IMG/VR virus record: IMGVR_UViG_3300022744_000006
Span: 1 to 63,552 of that record
DNA: 63,552 nt
Source of the DNA: a virus
Lineage: Duplodnaviria; Caudoviricetes
Strand: one strand, 5' to 3'
The notes beneath the pieces were generated by a model. It was not told the DNA's origin, made no database searches, and saw only the letters and a program-made list of their open reading frames with translations. Of the stretch, positions 48,954 through 56,548 are shown one piece after another. How positions within the stretch are numbered: the stretch's first letter is position 1; every line of letters starts with the position of its first letter. Made by a program: the position numbers and the translations under genes.

Positions 48954-49357
48954 GCAGGATCGTCAATCCAGCAACTAAGATTGTCGCCCGACTCAAGAGC
49001 CTGTTCTTTGTGACGATATACATCTCTGCTGTACGTCGACATCGACAACCCTTCTGAGTGTCCATACCCTCCGCGATACCACTGGAACGGGGCGCGAGAA
49101 AGGATCCCGTCTATCGCTAACGACTTGGCGAGCGAACCGTACAACCTAGAAGAGAAAACAAAGGCATTCGCGTGATCCTGGAAGATGTAGTAGTGCGCCA
49201 GGCCATCCGGAGAGTGCGGCCCGAGCTCGTGTACAAGCCAGGCTTTGTAAACACCATCTGGCGCTTGTCGCGTTTTAACCCCTCGCCCAAAGTCACACCG
49301 ATCGCACATGTAGCGGAGCAGGAGCGTCATCTCGCTGCCGCATCTTGAACATTTCAT
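48950..49357 (-). CDS. Zn-ribbon hypothetical protein (paralog of 59813..60313)
   Basis: CSRC...M.L...Y.CDRC; LSRAPFQW..G. Confidence 0.65.
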   Translation of the reverse strand: MKCSRCGSEMTLLLRYMCDRCDFGRGVKTRQAPDGVYKAWLVHELGPHSPDGLAHYYIFQDHANAFVFSSRLYGSLAKSLAIDGILSRAPFQWYRGGYGHSEGLSMSTYSRDVYRHKEQALESGDNLSCWIDDPA

Positions 49358-49430
49358 GCGTCACCCCGTTCATTGGGTAAGCGAGGGCAAGCGATGTGCA
49401 GGAGCCACCTACCACACCGCCCGCCCCCGG

Positions 49431-49502
49431 CTAAGCACCCAGGACTCGAACCTGGAACCTTCGGATTTGGAATCCGATGCTCTGCCATTGAGCTAGTGCC
49501 TA
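49431..49502 (-). tRNA. tRNA-Trp (anticodon CCA); 3' CCA not encoded
   Basis: TAGGCAC-TAGCTCAATGGCAGAGCA-TCGGA-TTCCAAA-TCCGA-AGGTT-CCAGG-TTCGAGT-CCTGG-GTGCTTA-G cloverleaf. Confidence 0.95.
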
Positions 49503-49620
49503 TCGTACTTCTCAGTCTTCGAAGAGCAGCTCAGGATGCCCGAACGCATCGCCGAACACAAAGCTGCACCCGAAAGTAACCGCAACGGAAATCGCCAGGA
49601 TTATAATGCTTTTCTTCATG

Positions 49621-49863
49621 TCACAGACTCTCCGCAGAGACGAACTCATCAATCGCATCGGCGTCGTGATCAGCGATCAATCTGCCTTTCATCGCCCTCT
49701 TGACGGTCGCCTCCGGCATGAGCCGTGCCCATACAAGAAGCTGCCATGCCATGACCGTCGTAGACTCTCCTGTGGCAGCGTCGGTGACGGTCACTGGATT
49801 CTCAAGCGCGATGGCGGCGTCGTCGCTGATCTTCCGCCATCGCGCCGTGTGAAGAAGCCTCAC
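49621..49863 (-). CDS. hypothetical protein
   Basis: GTGA overlap. Confidence 0.55.
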   Translation of the reverse strand: MRLLHTARWRKISDDAAIALENPVTVTDAATGESTTVMAWQLLVWARLMPEATVKRAMKGRLIADHDADAIDEFVSAESL

Positions 49864-50288
49864 CGTTGGACCTTGCGAGACCTGTTGTAGAGCCAGGCGA
49901 GCGCTCCGGCACCGGCGACGGCAACGTATTTGATGACTTCGCTCAGTTCCGCCGCGTACGTGTGCATGCAGAACGCGGCTAGCGCAGCGGTTCCGCCAAC
50001 CACCACGATCGGGGGGACGTTGAATCCAGTCTCAGCCCGGATCTGATCCGCTACCCGCTCCGCTCGCCCGCCGCCATGCCCTGGATTGGGCAGGACGACG
50101 TTCCGATCGTTTGTTGAGTGAACGGTCTGAGCGTACCGCGCAGGCCCCACTTGGTCATCCATCTCGACAAAACGGGCCCGCTGAGGCATCACGCGAGCCA
50201 TAGGAGCCTGCTCGTACACGACGCCGTCGTCATAGTCGTGATCCTGCGTGTAGACTTCATGCTGCCGCGTTCGAATGATCTTTGCCAT
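49860..50288 (-). CDS. membrane protein (two C-terminal TM segments)
   Basis: Starts next to the upstream stop; hydrophobic C-terminus. Confidence 0.6.
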   Translation of the reverse strand: MAKIIRTRQHEVYTQDHDYDDGVVYEQAPMARVMPQRARFVEMDDQVGPARYAQTVHSTNDRNVVLPNPGHGGGRAERVADQIRAETGFNVPPIVVVGGTAALAAFCMHTYAAELSEVIKYVAVAGAGALAWLYNRSRKVQR

Positions 50289-50289
50289 T

Positions 50290-50754
50290 TCAACCCCATT
50301 TCCTGTAGGCGAACAGAGCCGCCCCTGCAACCGTTGCCCAAAGCGCTACGACGCCGATTGCGTGAAGCGCCACGTACATGCACGTCCCTGCCACAACTAC
50401 GTAGACACCAAGCGTGGTCGGCGTTCTGACGAGTGCCGAAGCTGTCTGGTACGGCTCGAATCCAGTGCTATGACGGAGTGTCAAGCTTCGTCCGGAGGCA
50501 GCGTGTGCCGCCGCCAGCCCCAGCTCATCGATCGAGAAGTCCTTATCGCTCCACCAGTACGATGTCCACTGCTGTTCAAGCTGAGCCACCGTCCACGGGC
50601 TTGTGGAGCCTGACGCCTCCAGTCTCTTGAGGTAGAGCTCGAAGAAAGCGCGAAAGTCCTCCGCCTTGCGACCAGTGAACGAGCAATACACCTCGCCAGT
50701 TCGAAAGTCCTCTTCGAACTCGGTCTCATTCAGCCGTTCGATCACTGTCCTCAA
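50290..50754 (-). CDS. hypothetical membrane protein
   Basis: Hydrophobic C-terminus; start uncertain. Confidence 0.55.
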   Translation of the reverse strand: MRTVIERLNETEFEEDFRTGEVYCSFTGRKAEDFRAFFELYLKRLEASGSTSPWTVAQLEQQWTSYWWSDKDFSIDELGLAAAHAASGRSLTLRHSTGFEPYQTASALVRTPTTLGVYVVVAGTCMYVALHAIGVVALWATVAGAALFAYRKWG

Positions 50755-50913
50755 TGGACACCTCCCCCTCGTATCCAGCCAGCTTCTGTGCGTCTGCCAG
50801 GGTTGCGTCCATCGCCTTGCGGGCGAGGATCATTACCAGGGCAGCGTCGTTTGGGTGAGCACCCTTCAACTCTGCAACTAGCTTCAAGAGCTTCTTGTTG
50901 TGAAACTTAACGA

Positions 50914-51381
50914 TCACTTTCCCCTGCTTCCCGGAAGCCGCACGTCGCGGTCGTTTGTAATGTGGACCGTTGCCACGTACCGATCCTCCTTGTTCAGTTT
51001 CAATCCAGCGATCTGCTCACCAACACGACCCCGCACCCGGTCCATCCTTGCGTCTTGAAAACACTCGCGCGGCATAGGGCGCAGGTTTGGGTTGGACGAC
51101 ATTTGAGCCCGCGCTTGCCTCTCAAACTCCAAGCTCTGACTCCACGTAGGCAGACTGGCGTCCGGCGCCGTCATCATTGGTGACGATGGTTTCGGGACAG
51201 ACTTGCACTTGCCAAGAAGCCACAAGACGAACAGCGCCATCCACACGATCTTGATTCTGCACACGCAGAACAGATCGGGTCTAGTGTGCGGAAGCAGGAT
51301 CTCGGGCTCTACGGTCAGGCCCAAAATAGCTATGACCAACGTAGTGATCACCAGCCACTGCCCGACGGTCCAGTACCTCAC
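50914..51381 (-). CDS. membrane protein
   Basis: GTGA overlap; two TM segments. Confidence 0.6.
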   Translation of the reverse strand: MRYWTVGQWLVITTLVIAILGLTVEPEILLPHTRPDLFCVCRIKIVWMALFVLWLLGKCKSVPKPSSPMMTAPDASLPTWSQSLEFERQARAQMSSNPNLRPMPRECFQDARMDRVRGRVGEQIAGLKLNKEDRYVATVHITNDRDVRLPGSRGK

Positions 51382-51677
51382 CGCCTGCCTCCGCCGAACG
51401 AGTACTTCCCGTATCCATCTCCTGGATCGGTGTCCCAGCGGCTCCAGAAAGCCGCCGATCGAGACTCTCTATCGCGCCGAGCACCCTCTCGCTGCGCTCC
51501 GCGGTCCGTCCACCACGACCAGTCATCAGGATCCCTGGACGACGGCCACAGAGAGCCTGGCGCAAAAGATAACGAACTACCACGGCGAGACTGATTGCTT
51601 GCAGAAGCGCCGCCCATTGCGACTGCTCCAACGGCAACAAGAACCGCCGCAACGGTGATCAACGTCCGTGTTTCCAC
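51378..51677 (-). CDS. exported hypothetical protein
   Basis: GAGGAG RBS; signal-like N-terminus. Confidence 0.6.
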   Translation of the reverse strand: METRTLITVAAVLVAVGAVAMGGASASNQSRRGSSLSFAPGSLWPSSRDPDDWSWWTDRGAQREGARRDRESRSAAFWSRWDTDPGDGYGKYSFGGGRR

Positions 51678-51868
51678 TCGTCTCTCCTCTGCTTTTCGGT
51701 TCGGATGTCGCGCCGAACCGTCGAGGAGTACATGTCACCCGAGACAGGATCCGTCAAGGTCGAATCAAAAAAAAACATCCGCGCCGTGTTTTAGCGAGCC
51801 TGCCCAGGACACGCGACTGTCGGGCTAGCCAGCTGTGGTCACGACGCGGACGCCACACCAATACCACA

Positions 51869-52120
51869 CTACGCTTCGCGGTGCATGCTCTCGCGAGCTC
51901 TCTTCTCCCGCTCTTCGCTGTCGAAAGCTCGCATAGACCGCGCGAGCTCGCCAAACCCAATGAAGCCAACAACGAAAAATGCGGCGAACAATAGCGCTGC
52001 TACAGCGTCGTTCGGCGCATCCAGCAGGCTCACCAGAACCCCGACTACGCATACGCAGCGCAGCAAGAACACCACCGACTGCACAAAGAACAGCCTGAGC
52101 TCAAACTCGTCTTCGTTCAC
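51869..52120 (-). CDS. small membrane protein
   Basis: AAGGA RBS; two TM segments. Confidence 0.55.
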   Translation of the reverse strand: MNEDEFELRLFFVQSVVFLLRCVCVVGVLVSLLDAPNDAVAALLFAAFFVVGFIGFGELARSMRAFDSEEREKRARESMHREA

Positions 52121-52344
52121 GCTGTTCCTTTCGTTAGCAGCTCACCCCGAATCGACTTGGACAACCGCCCAAGGCCCCAGAAACCGGCCCCGAGGAACAG
52201 AATCCAGAAGACGCTCTCGACGGGTTCGTCTCCCCTGGCCATATCAACTGCTTGCCATATGACCCAGTACGCGAGCACCCAGCGGAAAAAAGCAAGGAAC
52301 CGAGCCACCCACAAAACCATGCGGTCAAATCCGTTCTTGTCCAT
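52117..52344 (-). CDS. small membrane protein
   Basis: Two TM segments; coupled to the next gene. Confidence 0.55.
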   Translation of the reverse strand: MDKNGFDRMVLWVARFLAFFRWVLAYWVIWQAVDMARGDEPVESVFWILFLGAGFWGLGRLSKSIRGELLTKGTA

Positions 52345-52413
52345 GTGCCGGCTTGACAATGGTCACTTGCCATTCAATGGTCAAGCCGCTTTCGTACATG
52401 GTGTGCGAGGGCA

Positions 52414-52488
52414 AGGTTCGCGGCGCGTCGTCATGAGTCAGTGCGTTGGTAGGTCCTAGCGCACTGAAAAGCGGCGCGTCGCGAGCTT
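52414..52488 (+). other. long G-U-rich RNA hairpin upstream of the Ro60 gene
   Basis: 18-bp plus 12-bp stems; all non-Watson-Crick pairs are G-U on the + strand. Confidence 0.6.
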
Positions 52489-52508
52489 CAGCATGACCAG
52501 GGGTAGAC

Positions 52509-54302
52509 ATGGACAACAGACTCTTTGGACAAGCGCCACGTGGAGCAGTGATGCCCCCGGCAGACACCGTGAACGCCGCGGGTGGGATTGCGTATAAGCT
52601 CTCTCCGGAGGAAGCCCTGGCGCAGTACTGCGCTACCGGGATGTTCGGAAGCACATTCTACGCGTCAGCGCAGGACCAGCTCTCCGAGGTTGTGGAGCTG
52701 GCCAAGAAATGTGATCCGCGGTTTGTGGCGAAGTGCGCGGTGTACAGTCGCAAGCATGGGTACATGAAGGACATGCCCGCGGTGCTACTCGCCACGTTGA
52801 GCGTCCGCAGCCAGGAGATGAGGGTTGTTGATGGAGTGTTGCAGAGCGACCACCAAATCGCGTGCCGCGCCCTCCGGGCCGCGTTCCCGCACGTGATCGA
52901 CAACTATCGCATGCTGAGCAACTACTACCAGGTGCTCAAAAGCGGCGCGCTCGGCAGGAAGAGTCTGGGTAAGCTTCCCAAGCGTCTGATGCAGCAGTGG
53001 TTGCTCAACGCGCACCCGGTAACGCTGTTCAACGCGCAGTTCGGCATCCCGAAGCCCGGCATTCGGGAGATCATCCGATACGTGAACCCACGAGCGCTCT
53101 CAAAAGAGCAGATCGCTATGTTTGGATACCTAACCGGACCGGCCACGCGTGAGTACCGGCCAAGGAGCCCCGAGAGTCGCTCCAGGATCGAGCGCAGGAT
53201 CGCCGCGTCTCGAATGACCGTCGAGAGCCAGGACGAGAACAGTTTGACGGTCGACAGGTACCAGCCGGAGTTTCTCCCGGCCGTATTTCGCGCGTACGAA
53301 GCGTTCAAGGCGGCAAAGCTGGCGGGAAAGCCCGCTGACGTGAGCTTCCTTACCGATTGGAAGGTCGATTTTCGTGCCGTTGACAGCCTGGGATTGACCA
53401 GAGACGAGTGGGAGGCCGTCGGCCGGCGAGCGGGCGTCAAGATGGCGCTCATGAACATCAATACGTTCGCGAGGCAAGGTCTGTACGGTGACGATCCCAT
53501 CTTCAGGGACACCGAGTTCGCCAAAGAGATCGCCAAGAAGATCTCCGATCCTGCGGAGATCTTAGAGGCCCGCCTCTTCCCGCACGAGGTATTCAAGGCG
53601 GACCGATACGCTACCGAGGCGCCGATTCGCATTCGCGGGGCACTGATTCAGGCTCTCGAAAACTCCATCACGAACGTGCCGGAGTTGAGCGGCAACACGG
53701 TGGTTTGCGTCGACGTTAGCGGATCTATGGATGAGCGCGTTTCGAAGGGCTCGTCGACCCGCATCGAAGTCGCCGCTGTGTTCGCCGCAGCGCTGTTCAA
53801 GCGCAATCCAGGAAAATGCAGGATCCTGGCGTTCAATACGGACTCGGCTTTGATCCACGTGAGCACCGAACAATCCGCGATGCACATTGCCGGCTGCATC
53901 ATCGCCTGCCTTGGCGGAGGAACATCGCTCTCCTCCCCAATCTGCTACCTGAACGGTGCGAACCCGTACATGAAGCTGATGACTGGCCTGCAGAACGTGA
54001 TCATGATCTCGGACAACGAGTCATGGGCTGACCCAAACGTGAACTACGGCTACGCCGGTCCAAGCACCACGTTTGCCCGCGAGTGGTCCATCTTGAAGTC
54101 TCGCAACCCCGAGGCGAAGCTGGTCATGATTGACTTGGAGCCGAAGGCGAACACGCAGGCCCCATCCGCACCGGACAGACTGAACGTTGGCGGATTCAAT
54201 GACTCAGTGTTCCGGGTCGTCTCAAGCTTCTTGGAACCGACCAAGCGATCCAGATCCCACTGGGTTGATGAAATCGAATCAATCAACCTGATGGGCTGTT
54301 GA
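52509..54302 (+). CDS. rsr: Ro60/Rsr RNA-binding protein (TROVE plus vWA domains)
   Basis: VNAAGGIAY, LAQYCATG...TFYASA, AVYSR..GYMKDMPA, GRKSLG, LMNINTFARQG, MIDAS VDVSGSM, GGGT, ISDNESW, VGGFND. Confidence 0.95.
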   Translation: MDNRLFGQAPRGAVMPPADTVNAAGGIAYKLSPEEALAQYCATGMFGSTFYASAQDQLSEVVELAKKCDPRFVAKCAVYSRKHGYMKDMPAVLLATLSVRSQEMRVVDGVLQSDHQIACRALRAAFPHVIDNYRMLSNYYQVLKSGALGRKSLGKLPKRLMQQWLLNAHPVTLFNAQFGIPKPGIREIIRYVNPRALSKEQIAMFGYLTGPATREYRPRSPESRSRIERRIAASRMTVESQDENSLTVDRYQPEFLPAVFRAYEAFKAAKLAGKPADVSFLTDWKVDFRAVDSLGLTRDEWEAVGRRAGVKMALMNINTFARQGLYGDDPIFRDTEFAKEIAKKISDPAEILEARLFPHEVFKADRYATEAPIRIRGALIQALENSITNVPELSGNTVVCVDVSGSMDERVSKGSSTRIEVAAVFAAALFKRNPGKCRILAFNTDSALIHVSTEQSAMHIAGCIIACLGGGTSLSSPICYLNGANPYMKLMTGLQNVIMISDNESWADPNVNYGYAGPSTTFAREWSILKSRNPEAKLVMIDLEPKANTQAPSAPDRLNVGGFNDSVFRVVSSFLEPTKRSRSHWVDEIESINLMGC

Positions 54303-54327
54303 CTTTCGATCAAGATGTACCTATGTG
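54299..54327 (+). promoter_or_regulatory. putative promoter for the Y-like RNAs
   Basis: TTGACT-N17-TATGTG; predicted start near 54334 coincides with the 5' end of the RNA1 stem. Confidence 0.5.
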
Positions 54328-54332
54328 TCTCT

Positions 54333-54402
54333 TGGGTGGAAGAACGTTCGGGGATTCATCCTTGCAAAGATTGACCGGCCTCGAATAACCACAGTCCACC
54401 TA
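54333..54402 (+). ncRNA. Y-like RNA 1 (short, no tRNA domain)
   Basis: GGGTGGA/TCCACCT terminal stem, TTCGGGG/CCTCGAA second stem; GGAAGA...CACAGTCC motif shared with RNA 2; immediately downstream of Ro60. Confidence 0.7.
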
Positions 54403-54414
54403 GCATACGATTCT

Positions 54415-54551
54415 AGACAGGGAAGATGTAAGGCTATACATCGAAGATAATCCGAAGGTTGCCGCGTAGAAAACGGCTCGCGTCTGTAACAGGGGGCGAT
54501 AGCTCAAGCTAGAGCAACGGAGAGAAGTCTTGCGAACACAGTCCCTGTTCT
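54415..54551 (+). ncRNA. yrlA: Y-like RNA 2, YrlA-type with a permuted tRNA-like domain
   Basis: ACAGGGA/TCCCTGT stem; TGTAAGGCT/AGTCTTGCG stem; TCCG/CGGA anticodon-like stem; T-arm-sized GCCG..CGGC; closed acceptor TCGC/GCGA; D-arm TAGCTCAAGCTAGAGCA; followed by T9. Confidence 0.85.
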
Positions 54552-54575
54552 GTTTTTTTTTGAAAGGACACGAAT

Positions 54576-54764
54576 ATGCCAAAGGGAGTTACCACGATGA
54601 CCGGGACGCAGCGCACGCTGCTGTCTATCCAGGCCTCACTGAACAGCTTCAGTGAGCGCGTGAACGCCAAGATCAACGCGTTGACCGAGCGTGAAGCGAA
54701 TATCGCCAAGACGGGTGCGCCTAAGCGAGGCCGCAAACCCGCCGTCAAGAAAGCTTCCAACTAA
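54576..54764 (+). CDS. small basic protein (AT-hook-like KRGRKP)
   Basis: AAGGA RBS. Confidence 0.65.
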   Translation: MPKGVTTMTGTQRTLLSIQASLNSFSERVNAKINALTEREANIAKTGAPKRGRKPAVKKASN

Positions 54765-54950
54765 ACACTGCGCGAGCTGCGGCGGGGCAGCTCACCCAGC
54801 GACAGGATGCGCATGGTCGGACCGGACATTGATTTGCCGGTCATGTGCCATGCGCTTTTGGCGTTGGTGCGTGCAACACACCAGAACGAGAGAGCCGGGC
54901 CCGAGTTTCTATGACTGCGCACTCGTCAATCCGCCGGCCAGGGAGCCAAC

Positions 54951-55220
54951 GTGCAATCGAGACGACGGTTAGTTGTGGAGTGGTTCTCTGGGCTGATGCT
55001 CGACAAGCTACACCAGCCTCGCAACCTGGCTAAAGGCGACGAGTGGCACAAAGACTCTCTCGGCCTGCTGCTTTCGAGGCTCAAAGAGGAGCTTGGTGAG
55101 CTTGAGGCCGAGCTCTCTCGAGACCACATTGACCGTAGCGCGGTGGTGAGCGAAACGGTCGATGTGGCCAACTTCGCCATGATGCTGGCCGACGCGGTTA
55201 CCGGGTCACTCCCCGGCTAG
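54951..55220 (+). CDS. MazG-like nucleotide pyrophosphohydrolase (putative)
   Basis: LKEELGEL...ETVDVANFAMM acidic EExxE/ExxD pattern; GGAG RBS. Confidence 0.6.
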   Translation: MQSRRRLVVEWFSGLMLDKLHQPRNLAKGDEWHKDSLGLLLSRLKEELGELEAELSRDHIDRSAVVSETVDVANFAMMLADAVTGSLPG

Positions 55221-56372
55221 TACTCGAAAATCGTGTTCTGACCACGACTTCCCGAACGACGCGCGTTCCTTCAGGAACCGCGTCACTTTCGGAATCGAGA
55301 GCTTCGATGCCCAACCTCTCGACTCGTCTGCGCGTAGCCAGTCGATGAGTTCCTCCGCGCCGGCCGGCGTCGGATCCACCTCGGGCATAGTAGCGCTTGC
55401 CTCGCGCTTCTCCGCCTGCGCAGCGCGCTCAAGCTGCTTCCAGTACGAGGGAACAATGATCCTTCCCTCTGGCTTGACGATTACAGGCTTACAGCGCTTG
55501 CTCGGCTGCGGCGGATCGATGCTCTCGGCCTGGCCGGGATCGTCCCACGAGTCGCTCCATCCAAACTGGAAATCATGCCCCGAGCCAGGGTTGAACGTGA
55601 TGTCCTTCGATCCAACCTGCATGGCATTGGGAAGAGCCGGTGGGATGTGCACTCGCGTAGTGTACTGACCGTACCGCTCTTTGAAAATCCTTCCGATCCC
55701 ATCCAACGGGGAAGGTCCGACCAGCGCTCCGCTGTAGATGATCTCTCTACCCAGCTCGGAGCCGTCGGGCTTGTCGAACTTTTCCGGCTTCCATTGACAG
55801 CTTAGCTGTCTGAGCAGATCGTCTTTCGTTGGTTGGCTAGGCTTCCACCCAGGCTGGCTTTGCTCGCGGATCGCAGCATTCCAAGCCTCACTTGGCGAAA
55901 GCGCGACGTTCTTTGTGCGAGGTAGCCCTCTCTTGGGCCAGCTCAAGAACTCCGCACGGAAGTACGGCTCAGGGTCGTCTATGAACGTGTCTTGAAGAAG
56001 CTTTCGGACAACGGGAACCATTACGGGGATTTCCACGTCTCCGTACTTCGTCATCAGATCGTTTCTTGGAAGCTTGAGCGATCTCGGAAATGCCGAAATC
56101 GTCACACCCGCAGCGGATACTGGCTGTCGATACCCGAGCTCAAGCTTGAAAAACTCGTCCTCACCAATAAGCAACACCATCCTGGCAACCGTTCCCCAGG
56201 CTCGAGAGGCCGTCCATTCGCACACGTTGTCGTTCGTGTAGATCTGATCGTCCGATGACGGGTCCCATCGAAGCTTCACGCGCCGCGGCTTATAGGTCGG
56301 ATCTTGCGGAGGTTTGCCGTCCTCGCACTCCAAGCCCAGCGTAAAGAAATCCGCCTCGGTGATCTCCATCAT
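55206..56372 (-). CDS. hypothetical protein with segments resembling the tail paralogs and the capsid N-terminus
   Basis: AGGAG RBS; WTASRAW...VSAAGVTISA; IFKERYG...PGSGHDF. Confidence 0.7.
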   Translation of the reverse strand: MMEITEADFFTLGLECEDGKPPQDPTYKPRRVKLRWDPSSDDQIYTNDNVCEWTASRAWGTVARMVLLIGEDEFFKLELGYRQPVSAAGVTISAFPRSLKLPRNDLMTKYGDVEIPVMVPVVRKLLQDTFIDDPEPYFRAEFLSWPKRGLPRTKNVALSPSEAWNAAIREQSQPGWKPSQPTKDDLLRQLSCQWKPEKFDKPDGSELGREIIYSGALVGPSPLDGIGRIFKERYGQYTTRVHIPPALPNAMQVGSKDITFNPGSGHDFQFGWSDSWDDPGQAESIDPPQPSKRCKPVIVKPEGRIIVPSYWKQLERAAQAEKREASATMPEVDPTPAGAEELIDWLRADESRGWASKLSIPKVTRFLKERASFGKSWSEHDFRVLAGE

Positions 56373-56438
56373 CGTCTCCTGGTGAAGTGCGTGGGCCGGG
56401 CGGCGGGGAAGTCCACGCGCCCGACCCGAGGGCGGGGT

Positions 56439-56510
56439 CTACTTGCCCTTGCCCTTGCCCTTGCTCTTCTTTTTCTTGTCGTCTTTGTCGTTGTCTTTGT
56501 CGCAGCCCAT
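56439..56510 (-). CDS. candidate 23-aa charged micropeptide MGCDKDNDKDDKKKKSKGKGKGK
   Basis: AGGGA RBS, ATG...TAG; below the ORF-track length cutoff. Confidence 0.4.
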   Translation of the reverse strand: MGCDKDNDKDDKKKKSKGKGKGK

Positions 56511-56548
56511 ACATTTTCCCTTTTCAATGCGGCCGGTGGCCGCGGTGA

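Noticed and set aside
51700-51785. Third Y-like RNA (GCCGAA...TACAT; CGGATGT/ACATCCG)
   Set aside because: It lacks the shared GGAAGA/CACAGTCC motif and a second stem, and is better explained as the promoter region of the minus-strand gene at 51677.
54355-54362. Y-like RNA 1 loop (UUCAUCCU) pairing with the late-gene hairpin loop (GGGAUGAG)
   Set aside because: Only 8 bp including two G-U pairs, which is within chance expectation.
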